Below are positions 48,425-62,027 of a stretch of 64,000 nucleotides of DNA, piece by piece (within the stretch, counting starts at the first letter, position 1; each line of letters opens with the position of its first letter). The translations under genes were made by a program, and so were the position numbers. The stretch comes from Eledone cirrhosa. Lineage: Eukaryota. The notes below the pieces were generated by a model. That model saw only the letters and a program-made list of their open reading frames with translations. It was not told the DNA's origin and searched no databases. The stretch is from contig OZ024742.1 in NCBI GenBank assembly GCA_964016885.1, positions 146,258,001 through 146,322,000 on the forward strand, read 5' to 3'.

Positions 48425-50239
48425 GAACACCACCAACAACAGTAACAGCAATACCAACACTAACAACAAAACTAACACCACCATCACTCCAACAACAACA
48501 CAACACAAAAAAACAATACCACTACCACCAATGACAATAACAGTAGCACCACAGTGCCAACAACAATACCAACAACAACAATGCCAACAATAAGATCACT
48601 GACATCAACAACAACATGAAACCCACCAATACCACCATCACCAACAATAACACCAATACCACCATCACCAACAATAACACCAATACCACCATCACCAACA
48701 ATAACACCAATACCACCATCACCAACAACAACAACACCATTACCATCACCATCAACAACAATACCACCTCTACCGACAAGAGCAGCACCAAAACCACCAT
48801 CACCACCACCAATAACAACACCACCACCAACAACAACTCCAACACCACCACCATCACCACCAATAACAATATCACCATTACCAACAGCAACAGCAACACC
48901 ATCACCACAAACAAAACACCATCAACAACACCACCATCACCACCATCAACAACAACACCATCACCACCAACAACAATACCACCATTACCAACACCAACAC
49001 CAACACCACCATCAATACCACCAACAACAGCACCAACACCACCATCACCACCATCAACAACAACACCATCACCACCAACAACAATACCACCATTACCAAC
49101 ACCAACACCAACACCACCATCAATACCACCAACAACAGCACCAACACCACCATCACCACCATCAACAACAACACCATCACCACCAACAACAATACCACCA
49201 TTACCAACACCAACACCACCATCAATACCATCACCACCAACAACAACACCAACACCACCATCAATATCAACACCACCATCAACAACATCACCACCAACAC
49301 CAACACCAACATCAATACCATCACCACCAACAACACCACCATCAATACCACCAACAACACCAACACCACCATCAATACCATCACCACCAACAACAACACC
49401 AACACCACCATCAATATCAACACCACCATCAACAACATCACCACCAACACCAACACCAACATCAATACCATCACCACCAACAACACCACCATCAATACCA
49501 CCAACAACACCACCATCAATACCACCAACACCAACACCACCATCAATCTCAACACCACCAAAAGTGGAAACTACAGATTCTGAAACATTAGTCTAATTAA
49601 GTTTATACAGACTAATTTTATTAATAACAAATGACTTGTGTACAACTACAAGTACAAGAACAACAATTACTACAGCAGCAGCAGCAGAAGAAGCAGCAGC
49701 AGCAGCATCACCACCACCACCAGCACCACCAGCACCACCATCACCACCACCACCACCACCACCACCACCACCACCAGCACCAGCACCACCATCACCAGCA
49801 CCATCACCACCACCACCACCAGCACCACCATCACCACCACCACCACCACCAGCACCAGCACCACCAGCACCACCACCACCATCACCACCACCACCACCAC
49901 CAGCACCACCAGCACCAGCACCACCACCACCACCACCACCAGCACCACCAGCACCAACACCACCACCACCAGCACCACCATCACCAGCACCACCATCACC
50001 ACCATCACCACCACCACCACCACCACCACCAGCACCACCAGCACCAACACCACCATCACCACCACCACCACCAGCACCATCACCACCATCACCAGCACCA
50101 CCATCACCACAACAACAACAGGGTGATGGTGAAGAAGGACTTACTTGTTGGTTTTATAATAGACTCAACTACAGATATTACAATAGAAACTACAACCACA
50201 AGAACAACTAGAAGAAAGAGAAGAAAAAGGATAAGGATG

Positions 50240-50271
<32 letters not shown>

Positions 50272-50342
50272 GATGAGGAGGAGGAGGAGGAGAAGAAGAA
50301 GAAGAAGAAGAAGAAGAAGAAGAAGAAGAAGAAGAAGAAGAA
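48425..50342. repeat. Long (CCA/CAA/TCA/GCA)n compound repeats, followed by (GAT)n, (GAG)n and (GAA)n
   Basis: Directly visible. They generate the Pro/Thr/His-rich ORFs in all frames. Confidence 0.9.
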
Positions 50343-50769
50343 CTTACTTGCTGGGTTTATAATATACACAGCTACAATGGTAAGCTGGAACCATACAGTC
50401 TGCAGAATCAACTGAACAGTCATATTTCTAACACTGCCATCATCCTGACTTTGTACCTGCAATTATATAGAATTACTTTTATGAACAGTACTAAATACTT
50501 TAAAGCGCACACACTCTCTCTTTCTTTCAGAATAATAGTTTGAGTAAGGATAAGTTTTTTTTTTGGGGGGGGGGACTTACTTTCCATTTATTTGCCAATG
50601 AAGAAAAGTGCATAATTCAGACTACATACACAGAAAATGTGATAAAAACTGTCAATATATATGGCAATAAAGAAACAAAAAAAGAAAGGAAAAGAAGAAA
50701 AGGAGTAAGAAAAAAATTAAGCAGCGAAAGAAAGGGAGAGGGAAAAGGACTCTACCTCCCTCCCCAGTC

Positions 50770-51110
50770 AGAGCAGTGTTTCAGCTGCGCCCTGCAGGTA
50801 AAATGGCAAAAGTATTGCGACAGAGAATGGACAGTGACACTTGCAACAACAGCCACCTTAACTCATGGGCTTCCTTCTTGAGGCAGGCTGTTGTCTTATT
50901 GATTTTATAAAGGAAATCAGCAGTGCAAGGACCGAGAACACCTGAGGTCTTAACAGCTACTGGGACAAAAAGGAAGCTATCAATCAAGCCTCAGTATATG
51001 GTTATCTTCCTTTCCTATGCATTGTAGGCAACAGTACCCACGTTTGTGACTGAAGCAACAAGACTAGAGGCTGAGAATGATTTACAACACATTTCATCAC
51101 ATTCCATTTG
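50770..51110 (-). pseudogene. C-terminal RLE fragment of a CRE-like non-LTR retrotransposon
   Basis: KITIY*GLIDSFLFVPVAVKTSGVLGPCTADFL..E..WLLLQVSLSI resembles the F.P.AVET.G..G..A..FL..L.QRLS.AI terminus of CRE-type elements. Confidence 0.6.
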
Positions 51111-51677
51111 TCTCCACTTGATGGTACATATAGCAAACATTTACATGTTTATAATAAAATTTCATTTTGTTTTTAAGAAAATGATTTAGTGCTTTTGAAC
51201 TTTCTAAAGTAACAGGTGGTAAATACCCCCCTCACCTATTTTCTGTTTTTTTTACCTATTCTTACTCTAACTATTGTTCTGCCACCTTCCTGCTTAATTT
51301 CATTGCTCTATCCTCTCTATATTTCCTATCTGCTACATGGGTTACATAGTGAAAATCTTCTTTTATATTTTGCTGTCTGCAAAGCTGCAAAGCTAAAACT
51401 TCAAAGTAAACAGTCACTATTAATAACCAATTATGTGTGTGCGTGTTTATATATATATATCATCATCATCATAATCATTATTATAGTTTAATGTCCATTT
51501 TCCACGCAAGCATAGGTTAGACAGGCCGTCCCATTAGAGGAAAATTGGGTTAGGTGACCATGTCTTGTTCATATATATATGTATAAGATCTTCTTAGCTG
51601 AAGAACTAAGAAGTATAAATAAATACTTAATACATATTATTAGTGGTTAATCTCAAGAGAGTATATTTATTTAAGTC

Positions 51678-52495
51678 ACAATAATAATTGTTTCTACTTT
51701 AGGCACAAGGCCAGCAATTATCCAGTTCATTACTGGTACTTTATTTTATCGACCCCGTAAGGATGAAAGGCAAAGTTAACCTTGGCGGGATTTGAACTCA
51801 GATCGTAAAGGGACGTAACTATGCTGGAAAGCATGGCGTCCGACCCTCTACCGATACTGCCAAATAATAATGGTTTCTGATTTAGCCACAAGGCCAGCAA
51901 TTTTAGGGGAGGGGAAAGTAGATTAAATCGACCCAAGTGTATTACTGGTACTTTATTTTATCGACCCCGAATAATAATGTATAATAATTGTTTCTACTTC
52001 TGGCACAAGGCCAGCAATTATCCCAGTGCTTTACTGGTACTTTATTTTATCGACCCCGTAAGGGTGAAAGGCAAAGTTAACCTCAGCAGGATTTGATCTC
52101 AGATCATAAACGTACGTAACTCTATGCTCCAAAGCATGGCGTCCGACCCTCTACCGATACTGCCAATCCACCGCTATAATAATAATTGTTTCTACTTTTG
52201 GCACAAGGCCAGCAATTACCCAGTGCATTACTGGTACTTTATTTTATCAACCCCGTAAGGATGAAAGGCAAAGTTAACCTCGGCGGGATTTGAACTCAGA
52301 TCATACAGGGAGGTAACTCTATGCTTCAAAGCATGGCACCCGACCCTCTACCGATACTGCCAATCCACCGCTATAATAATTGTTTCTATTTTAGGCACAA
52401 GGCCAGCAATTACCCAGTACATTACTGGTACTTTATTTTATCGACCCCTTAAGGATGAAAGGCAAAGTTAACCTCGGCCAGATTTGAACTCAGAG
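51678..52495 (-). mobile_element. Head-to-tail tandem array of five Meta-type SINE copies
   Basis: Copies at ~51678-51862, 51863-51972, 51975-52175, 52176-52372 and 52373-52495, each beginning with (TAA)n on the plus strand. Confidence 0.92.
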
Positions 52496-53107
52496 AATGT
52501 CTGTCTGTCTGTCCGTCTGTCTGTCTGACTCCCTAAAACTCGAGAACCACCCAACCGATTGTTTTCAAACTTTACACATGTAATACTTATGGTCCTGTAA
52601 GTGTTTTGAGCAAAGAATATTTCAAATGTTCAATGCCTTAGGGACTGCATTAGGCGATTTAGCGATCTCTCTCTATAATTCTTAGTCTTTCTTTTTAGAT
52701 AGATACATAGATATAACGTTGCGCCCTTATAATATGTCTGTATGTCTGGTTGTCTGCATTACGACATTATGACGTGGTGTGTGTGTATATGTATATATAG
52801 TGTGTGTATATATATAGTGTGTGTAACGTTATCCAAAATATTTACTTCTGCGTTCACAGATTGATTTTTTTAGTTTCAGAAGATCCCGGGTGAAAGCAGC
52901 GATTCTTTGCTTAAACTTTAATCTGTTATTTTAATATATATATATAATTATATATTCGTGTACAGATATTTTTGCATACGCAATAACAAAATATAAACAA
53001 ACGTATTTATTTCATGAGGCTCGATAAGGATAAATATATATAAAATATATATAAAATATATAAAAACCCTAGAGCAAATCCCGTGCAATGCTGGGCTATT
53101 CTGCTAG
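52496..53107 (+). mobile_element. Non-autonomous Helitron (5' end missing)
   Basis: (CTGT)n followed by AAAACTCGAGAACC..AACCGATT..AAACTTTACAC. 3' hairpin CCCGTGCAATGCTGGG, then CTAG|T at 53104-53108. Confidence 0.75.
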
Positions 53108-53158
53108 TAATATATAATAATTATATAAGAAAAGGAGTGTCTTACACGAGTGAAAGTA

Positions 53159-53307
53159 TAAGGAGAAGAGATCAAAATTGCAACTGGAGTCTTTTTAAGA
53201 ATATCTATTTGTTTCCTTTTGAAAGCATAAGAACTGTGAAACTGGTAAAGGAAACAAATAAATATTCTTAAAAAGACTCCAGTTGCATTTTCGATTTCTT
53301 TTCCTTA
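53159..53307 (+). mobile_element. Fold-back element whose ~60 bp arms close a decayed hammerhead core
   Basis: Arms 53159-53218 and 53248-53307. The loop reads UUGAAA-GCA(UAAGAAC)UGU-GAAA-CUGG-UA. Confidence 0.6.
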
Positions 53308-53324
53308 CATATATCATGATGATG

Positions 53325-53690
53325 ATGATCATCATCATCACCATTTTACGTCCGTTCTTCCACGCTAGCATGGGTTAGACGGGTTGTCCTGTTGTGGGCA
53401 GTATCTGGTTGGCTGACCTTGTCTTGCTCATACGGGAACTGATTCTCGCTTGATTTCTACAGCTGGATGCCCTTCCTAACACCAACCTCATTTACAGTGA
53501 GTGCTAGGTGCTTTTTTTCCGTGGCGCCTTCATGTCCATTTTGCAGTGGAATGATAGGGACCCCAATCCTATCATCTCATTTCTACAGCTGAGTAAACTG
53601 GAGCAATGTGAAATAAAGTGTCTTGCTCAAGGAAACAACACATCACCCATTTCGATTGCAAGCCTAATGCTCTAACCACTAAGCCATGTA
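53325..53690 (-). mobile_element. CORE-type SINE with RTE-derived tail
   Basis: Reverse complement of the 24347-24672 family, with a longer RTE 3' UTR-like tail and (GAT)n. Confidence 0.87.
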
Positions 53691-54384
53691 TATATGTATG
53701 TATATTTTAGATTTAATCAATACATATAAAATATGTATAGATAATGTTTCTCAGAAAAAGCTCAATAAAATTTTGTTTAGAGCATCCATAATATCAAATA
53801 ATTTTAAATAATATATACATATGTGTCAATTGAGTTGTTTCTATATGAATATATGTATTAAAACTTGGTTAGTTTCTCAATTGATTTATATATATATATA
53901 TATAAATATATCGTTTAAAATTATTTTATATTTTATATATATACATATATACATGTATGTAGTTGTTTTTCACATATCCTGTTGTTATATGGTGTGTCAT
54001 TATAATGATTTTGCTCTCTATAAAGAGGATAATTTTTAGTTTTTCACATGACACAAACATAATTATTAAATTGTTGAGTCACAGATTGGATTACAATACA
54101 TAAAAATATTAATTTTATATATATTTTACTGGATTCATTTTTGCAGAAACATACGTCAGGAGTAAAATGATTCAATTTCTTCTTTGCTATTTGTTGCCTT
54201 ATCACGTTTGTGCTCTGGACCATCACATTCGTACAGCTTGTCAAATTTGCTTACATGCAGATTCATTCTTAACTAAATTTACGGATTATACCACTGCTAA
54301 GAAGATTCAGCTTATTTGCTGATTGTGGATTTACATTGAGCTCAAAATATTACCACTATAATTCTTTATTTACTTTCAGGATAT

Positions 54385-54496
54385 GTATATGATGTATATA
54401 TACATACATACACATATACATTCACATATATATATATATATATAAATATATCTATATACATATATACATACACATAGACACACACACATATATATA

Positions 54497-54541
<45 letters not shown>

Positions 54542-54573
54542 TATATATGTATCCATGTGTATGTATCTATGTG

Positions 54574-54646
<73 letters not shown>

Positions 54647-54986
54647 ATGTATTTATATATATATATATTTATATATACACGCATGTATGTATATATATAT
54701 GTGTATGTATATATATATATAATCAACATTTTTAGCTCTGACATAGCTGTATACATACAAGTATGCACATTTTGTATATGTAATGATATATAGTATGCTT
54801 AATAGCCTAGCTATGAATATTGAAAGTCTGATGGCAAGCGCCATCTAGCGGAACTCAGCAGAAGCAGAAGGGGACAACTGTCTATGCATATGCACATTTC
54901 ATGCTCTGGCTATCATCAGGACAGTGCTTCCTCTGTTCTCTGTTGGAATTTGAAACAGGCAAAAATATATAGATTTAACTGTGACA

Positions 54987-55054
<68 letters not shown>

Positions 55055-55240
55055 ACTGTAAATGTGGTTGGTGTTAGGAAGGGCATCTAGCCGTAGTAAA
55101 CCTTCCAGATAGTCATATATGAGCGAGTCACGGACACCCAACCAACCTTGCCTCAAGTGGGACAACTCCCGTCTAACCCATGTAACCCATGCTAGCGTGG
55201 AAAGTGGACGTTAAATGAGGATGATGATGATGATGATATA
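54385..55240. repeat. (TA)n/(TG)n microsatellites and an RTE 3' UTR fragment (55055-55240, +)
   Basis: Directly visible. The fragment matches 2033-2200. Confidence 0.85.
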
Positions 55241-56248
55241 TATTAGTGAAGTAGAGAATCGACCACAAGATCTGGCGGTTTTGGGTAGTTACCTTAATCA
55301 GATTGAAGTAACTCACCAAAGCCACCTAAGCTCGTATCTCAGACAATATATATATACACACATATATATATATATGTGTAAGCTTCTGAGACTTTTCATG
55401 TTGTTTAGCCCTAAATCAGCCCTAATCAAGTAAACACATGATCAAAGGGTTTCCAGCAATGACTGTCGAATCTCTTTAAATATCAAAGAATATATTGTCT
55501 TTAATTTTGTTTTAAAACAGTAGGTAGGGTATGATTATATGAAGGGGTTAGAGCTGATGTTTTTTAAGTTTCAATGGCTACCTAGAGGCCCCCTCACTAG
55601 CTCAAGTAATTACATAAACTTTTCAACAAAGTCCTGCAGGAATTTAAATAATTGTTTCTACTTTTGGCACAAGGCCAGCAATTACCCAGTACATTACTGA
55701 CTTTATTTTATCGACCCTGTATGGAATTTAAATAATGTTTACTGGACATTATAGGAATGGAGAGGAAAGGAGCTGATTATTGTATAAGATCAAAGAAACA
55801 AAGATTCCGGTGATCTTTCCATTGATAAGTATATCTCCTGGTCACAACTTCTTGTAAAAGGAGACAGGATTTGAACATAGAAGGCACAAAACCAAATCAG
55901 ATACTGCAAAGCATCCTGTCTAACCCTTTATCAATTCTGGCAATCCACTAAACCTAGGTTGATATTCCATCTCTTGATCTTAATAGAATGAAATGCAAAG
56001 TTGTCTTCATAGGTTTGTTTCATAAAAGATATGTGCTATTGTGTATACCATTTTTAGAATAGGTACACAGTATTCCTGTGTGTCATCATAGGTGACTAAA
56101 AGAGTTGATTTCAGGAAGGGCATTCAGCTGTAAAATACTGCCTTGAAATGTTGTGTCCGAGTGATGTTGACATAGAAAAATGGGCATTAAAACGATGATG
56201 ATGACTGAAGTAACACTATGCTATATGTGTATGCGCATCTGTGCGCGC

Positions 56249-56307
<59 letters not shown>

Positions 56308-56904
56308 TGTGCGTGCGTGCGTGCGTGCGTGCGTGTGTGTGTGTGTGTGTGTGTGTATGTCTGTGTATGTCTGTGTCTGTATACCTGTGTATATCTAGAA
56401 AATCAATACACATGAGGTAAAAGTACATTAGTGGTTAGTAACATACTCTTTATAATATGAAGATCAATAAAATGGAACTCCTCTTCAAAAACCTTAACAT
56501 TATCTCTTGTCTTATAATGCACTACATTACCTAGCTCACTAAAAACTACTAAAATTATTTATTCACACACAAATAAGTATGTGTCATCATCATCATCATC
56601 ATCATTTAATGTCCATTCTTCTGTGTGTATATGTGTGTATATATATATTTCATATTCCTTTATTAGTTTTTTTTATGTTCAGCTAGTAACAATAGCTTTT
56701 CTAAGGTATTTGTTCATTTTTCTATAAAAAGGCAGAAAAAACAATGCAGGAGACCCATTTGTATAACTTGATCGCCTTTAAATATATATACACTGAAATT
56801 ATTAATGAAGCTATGAAAAAGAGACAGAACAGACTGGACAGAGAAGAATTTTCTATAAATATTTCTAATTGTAAGCTTGAGAGAAGATGACCAGCTAATA
56901 ATGT

Positions 56905-57225
56905 TCTTTTTCTTTGCCTACATATTCCTCCTAGCGGGACCTGTCAGAAGCAACCATCTCCAATTGATCCAGCTGAGCTCATGGAAGTTATCCAACCATC
57001 TTGCTCGAGGGCTACCCCTGGATCTTCTGCCAGTTGGTTTTGCCTATAAAAATCTATCTAGTGATTCTATCCTGTGACATTCAATTATTATCATATTATC
57101 GGAGTTGTGATCTTTCAGTTCGGAGAAGTAATGATTCCACCTTGAGTGACTTTCTGAACTCTGAGTTATGCACTCCATTGAGTAATATTACCCCAAAGAC
57201 TCTTCAGTAGAACCCCATTTTTGGC
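56905..57225 (-). pseudogene. Decayed RTE ORF2 3' fragment
   Basis: Minus strand RVFGVILLNGVHNSEFRKSLKVESLLLRTERSQLR*Y. Confidence 0.7.
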
Positions 57226-57804
57226 TGCTTTTATAGTGTTGGTAACAAAAAAAATCCTTCAACATTCTCCCATCCCCATTCTTTTCTCCCTCTACTGAAA
57301 ACCCCTCAATATTTTCATAAATAAACCATAGTTTGACATCGACTGATGAAATCCATTTGAGATCGAAATATATATTTGTGATTATGATTTTATAATTTTG
57401 TTTATTATCTTCATTACTTAAAATTAAATAGAAAATAAAATAGATACATTGAATTTCCCTTTTTTTATGGAATAGTGAAGTAAAAAAATGGTTCCACTCC
57501 ATGTTGACTATGCATGCTACCCTTCACCATGCCATTAATGTTGTCGTAGAGAAAGACAAGGCCCGATACAGCTTGGCATCAGTGATTTTACAAGTAAACT
57601 CAGAATGCAAAGTACCACAAGGCCACAAGCTATCATGTCTGGTGTTATAACAATTCTGTCAATTCACTAAAAAGCAAAGTTAACCTCAGTGGCATTTATA
57701 GACAACAAGAACAAGTGCTGCAAAGCATTTTCATACACAAATACACAAACACACACATATATATATATATATATGGAAGTATGTATTCCAGATATAATAT
57801 ATTT

Positions 57805-58010
57805 TTAGGACAGCTGAAATCTTGAGCTTTGAAACAAGTGAACAATAGTAGCATTTACATTGTTCTGGAAACATTTTAGGCATGCATAATCAGAAAATCT
57901 TAAAGCAGATGCTGTATGGTGAGCTTGAATATGGAAACTGCCATCAGCACACAAAGACAATGTAAAATTCTTCTTGAAAGCATTTGTAACAAGTAAAATC
58001 AACTGAGAAA
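57805..58010 (+). pseudogene. Decayed RTE (BovB-like) ORF2 3' fragment
   Basis: MHNQKILKQMLYGELEYG..KDNVKFFLKAF resembles RM...RIPKQ.LYGEL..G..KD.LK..LK. Confidence 0.55.
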
Positions 58011-59800
58011 GAAATGCTTTTCAATGTCACCAATGGAAATATAGGACACAGTGGATTAAAAAAAAGTGTGCATTTCTTGTTCAGAATTTAAATGAACTGC
58101 ATAATTTGTAAAGATGACAGGGTAAGCTCAGTTTGTAATATTTGTGAATATATATGTCTTTTCAATAATGAACTCACTTAGTTACCAACTAATTCATAAG
58201 ATCAAGCAAAAAGTGTATTCATGACAACAGATAGTCTAACATGCAATTCATGTGAGAAGGGCTACAAATCTATTGTTGGAAATACAATTCGCTTTTTTCT
58301 CAGTAATGGCCTTCTTCAGAAACCAGTGAACAGACATTATATATATATATGTGTGCATATGTGTGTATGCATGTGTGTATGTATCCATATATGTATATAC
58401 ACATATATATATATATATGTGTGTAAATCCCAAGTGAAATTGGGGGTAACCACAGTAAATAAAGTACTCAAAATGAAACAGTTCTAGTCCTGTAGAAGCT
58501 ATTTCTATATTAAATCTTATTATATATAAATATATATATATTTCTAATTATTTCTGACAGGTTATTGTAATTGATTTATATGTATGAACTGCCAGAGAAT
58601 GTCCTTCGCAAAGCTATCAAGATATATACAAGTGGTTTTTATCTTTTAATTCATAAGATGTGACAGGTAAATTGATTTTAAATGAAAGTTCAATGTAGTG
58701 CTCTTGATAGGATTTGATCTCATTAACTTTGAATCAACTACTATGACCATTACTGCTTCAACCACCATATATCTTATGTCATTGATTAATATCTTCAATA
58801 ACTACATAATCTTACTGATATTAAACAGTTTTATTCATGCTAAATACTATTATTAAAAATACCCTTTATTTAATACATCAATATCATCATCATCATTATC
58901 ATCATCATTGTTGTTATGAATACACCACATTACACATCACTGCCACCCAAATCAATCTAACATTCTCTCCTATACAAGATCTCCACCAAAATTATTACAA
59001 CCATAATAAAATTTACCATTTAGAAGTTTGTTCCAACTATTAGATTACTCCAGGTTTTAATGCCAAAACTTGTGCCATTTTCTAAACAATATTTCTATCT
59101 CAAACAGAAGCCATACAATAAAACTTTATTTATTGGATATGGCTCCACAGCTATGGAACATATTAATTTTCAACAATATGGTATCTACCATTGTAAGTCA
59201 CATTTAATATACAGCAAATGTTTGACTGTCCTCATCTACATTTATTATGATATTATCTCAAATCAATTGGGTATTTTCTTACCATAAGTGCTATAACTAG
59301 TAGTTGCAATTGTCCCTTACAATTATTTCTTTCTGGTTTAGTCTTTGCCATGGAATTAGAAGAGTTTCTAGAACAGTGGATAGAATTCTTTGTGATATTT
59401 GTTCCAGTTCTCTGCACCTCAAGTTCAAATTCAACTGAGATTAATTTTACCTTTCATTCTTTTAAAGTTGATAAATAAAGTACCAGTCCATGGTAGTGAA
59501 TTGGTGAAATTATTAGAGTATTAGACAAGATACTATATAGCATCTGTTCTAGCTCCGTGAATTCTGAGTATAAATCTCACCTCCTCTGACTGGAAAAATG
59601 GTGAAATGTCACAACTGGAGCATTAAAACAGCCAAGAAATCTCCTATGAGGTTGCATCTCATAGGATGTTGGCTAAATATCCATAGGTGTGAGCTGTAAC
59701 AACAACAAAAAGAAAACAATCGAAGATGTATAATTTTTAGCCCTTTTGATATAAATCCACAAGAACCTTTTCTTAAGTTATGTTCCAAACATTAGCTTAA

Positions 59801-60165
59801 CTAGCAAAAAAACCACCCTTCGGGTGGTTTTCTGCTAGCCTGTGTAGTGTGCATATTGATATTATACGCAAGTATATATGCATGTAGATATGATACATCA
59901 AATAAAATCCTGATTGTCAATATACACAGAAATTGAATGAAGACTGTGTTACACTGTCTTATGTAATCAGTATCATAATCCATGATACATTAAAAAAGAC
60001 GATATTATATATAAACTGCATTAGGAGAAAATTAGTGACGGAAATATATGAATGTTTATTTAAGCGATCGCTAACCGGAAGTGTTGACATTTTAAAATTT
60101 TAAGGAAGTGAATCTTTAAATAAGCTATAAAATATATTTAATCAACAGCTACGAAATTTAGTAGA
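59801..60165 (-). mobile_element. Complete 365 bp non-autonomous Helitron
   Basis: Minus strand begins A|TCTACTAAAT at 60165 and ends AAAACCACCCGAAGGGTGGTTTTTTTGCTAG|T at 59801. A/T insertion, no TSD. Confidence 0.8.
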
Positions 60166-60471
60166 TAAATTATGTAATCATTCATTATTCATTGGCTTAA
60201 TAATGACAAAACTATGCCCTTCAAATTCTGAATTATTTTCAAAATTAACCTTTTTCGTACCAAAGCAACTGAAATTGCATATGGTTCTATGTGTTTTAAA
60301 GTGATTATATTTATTTTAAAAAGCCATTCATCGTATTTTTATGTTCCAAACACAAGCTTAATACTGAAAATGTTAGTTATATTACAAAATCCTTCCAAAT
60401 TCTTGATTATTTCCAAAATGTTTTGAAATATAGTAAATAAAGCTTGTTATTATAGTTGATATTAAAGGAAT

Positions 60472-62027
60472 GTTAACTGTTGCTATCACCAATGGTAACT
60501 GTTACCATCACCAATGGTAACTGTTGCTATCACCAATGGTAACTGTTGCTATCATCAATGGTAACTGCTGCTATCACCAATGGTAACTTTTACCATCACC
60601 AATGGGAACTGTTGCTATCACCAATGGTAACTGTTGCTATCATCAATGGTAACTGTTGCTATCACCAATAGTAACTTTTACCATCACCAACCAATGGTAA
60701 CTGTTGCTATTAGCAATTATAACTGTTGCTATCACCAATGGTAACTGTTACTATCACCAATGGTAACTGTTGCTATTAGCAATTATAACTGTTGCTATCA
60801 CCAATGGTAACTGTTGCTATCACCAATGGTAACTGCTGCTATTGGCAATGGTAACTGTTGCTATAATCAATGGTAACTGTTGCTATCACCAATGATAATG
60901 GTTGCTATCTATATCACTAGTAAGTGTTACTATCACCAATGGTAACTGTTGCTATCACCAATGGTAACTGTTGCCATCACCAATGGTAAGTGTTGCTATC
61001 ACCAATGGTAACTGTTGCTATCACCAATGATAATGGTTGCTATCTATATCACTAGTAAGTGTTACTATCACCAATGGTAACTGTTACTATCACCAATGGT
61101 AACTGTTGCTATCACCAATGGTAACTGTTGCTATCACCAATGGTAACTGTTGCCATCACCAATGGTAACTGCTGCCATCACAAATGGTAACTGCTTCTAT
61201 CACCAATGGTAACTGTTGCTATTAGCAATGTTAGTTGTTGCTATCACCAATGGTAACTGTTGCCATCACCAATGGTAAATGTAGCTATCACCAATGGTAA
61301 CTTTTATCATCACCAATGGTAACTGTTGCTGTTAGCAATTATAACTGTTGCTATCATCAATGGTAACTGTTGCTATTAGCAATGTTAGTTGTTGCTATCA
61401 GCAATGGTAACTGTTGCCATCACCAATAGTAACTGTTGCTATTAGCAATGTTAGCTGTTGCTATCACTAATGGTAACTGTTGCTATCACCAATGGTAAGT
61501 GTTACTATCACCAATGGTAACTGTTGCTATCACCAATAGTAACTGTTGCTATCACCAATGGTAACTGTTGCTATCACCAATGGTAATGTTTGCTATCTAT
61601 ATCACTAGTAAGTGTTGCTATCACCAATAGTAACTGTTGCTATTAGCAATGTTAGCTGTTGCTATCACCAATGGTAACTGTTGCCATCACCAATGGTAAG
61701 TGTTGCTATTACCAATGGTAACTGTTGCTATCACCAATGGTAATGGTTGCTATCTATATCACTAGTAAGTGTTGCTATCACCAATGGTAACTGTTGCTAT
61801 CACCAATGTTAGTTGTTGCTATCAGCAATGGTAACTGTTACCATCACCAATAGTAACTGTTGCTATTAGCAATGTTAGCTGTTGCTATCACTAATGGTAA
61901 CTGTTGCCATCACCAATGGTAAGTGTTGCTATCACCAATGGTAACTGTTGCTATCACCAATGGTAACTGTTGCTATCACCAATGGTAACTGTTGCTATCA
62001 CCAATGGTAACTGTTGCTATTAGCATT
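60472..62027. repeat. 22 bp minisatellite (GGTAACTGTTGCTATCACCAAT), about 70 units
   Basis: Directly visible tandem units with recurring variants. Confidence 0.97.

Noticed and set aside
48616-50362. Mucin-, extensin- or poly-His protein ORFs
   Set aside because: They are open in several frames and on both strands because of stop-free trinucleotide repeats. There is no signal peptide or domain evidence.
57335-57385. Hammerhead CUGAUGA-AAUC..GAUC-GAAA-UAUAUA
   Set aside because: The core is present but stem I cannot form. It is possibly a decayed relic, and not supportable from this copy.
59801-59838. Rho-independent terminator
   Set aside because: The context is eukaryotic, and it is better explained as a Helitron 3' hairpin with CTAG.
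60472-62027. CRISPR-like or coding repeat
   Set aside because: No spacers, and the 22 bp period cycles through frames and hits stop codons.
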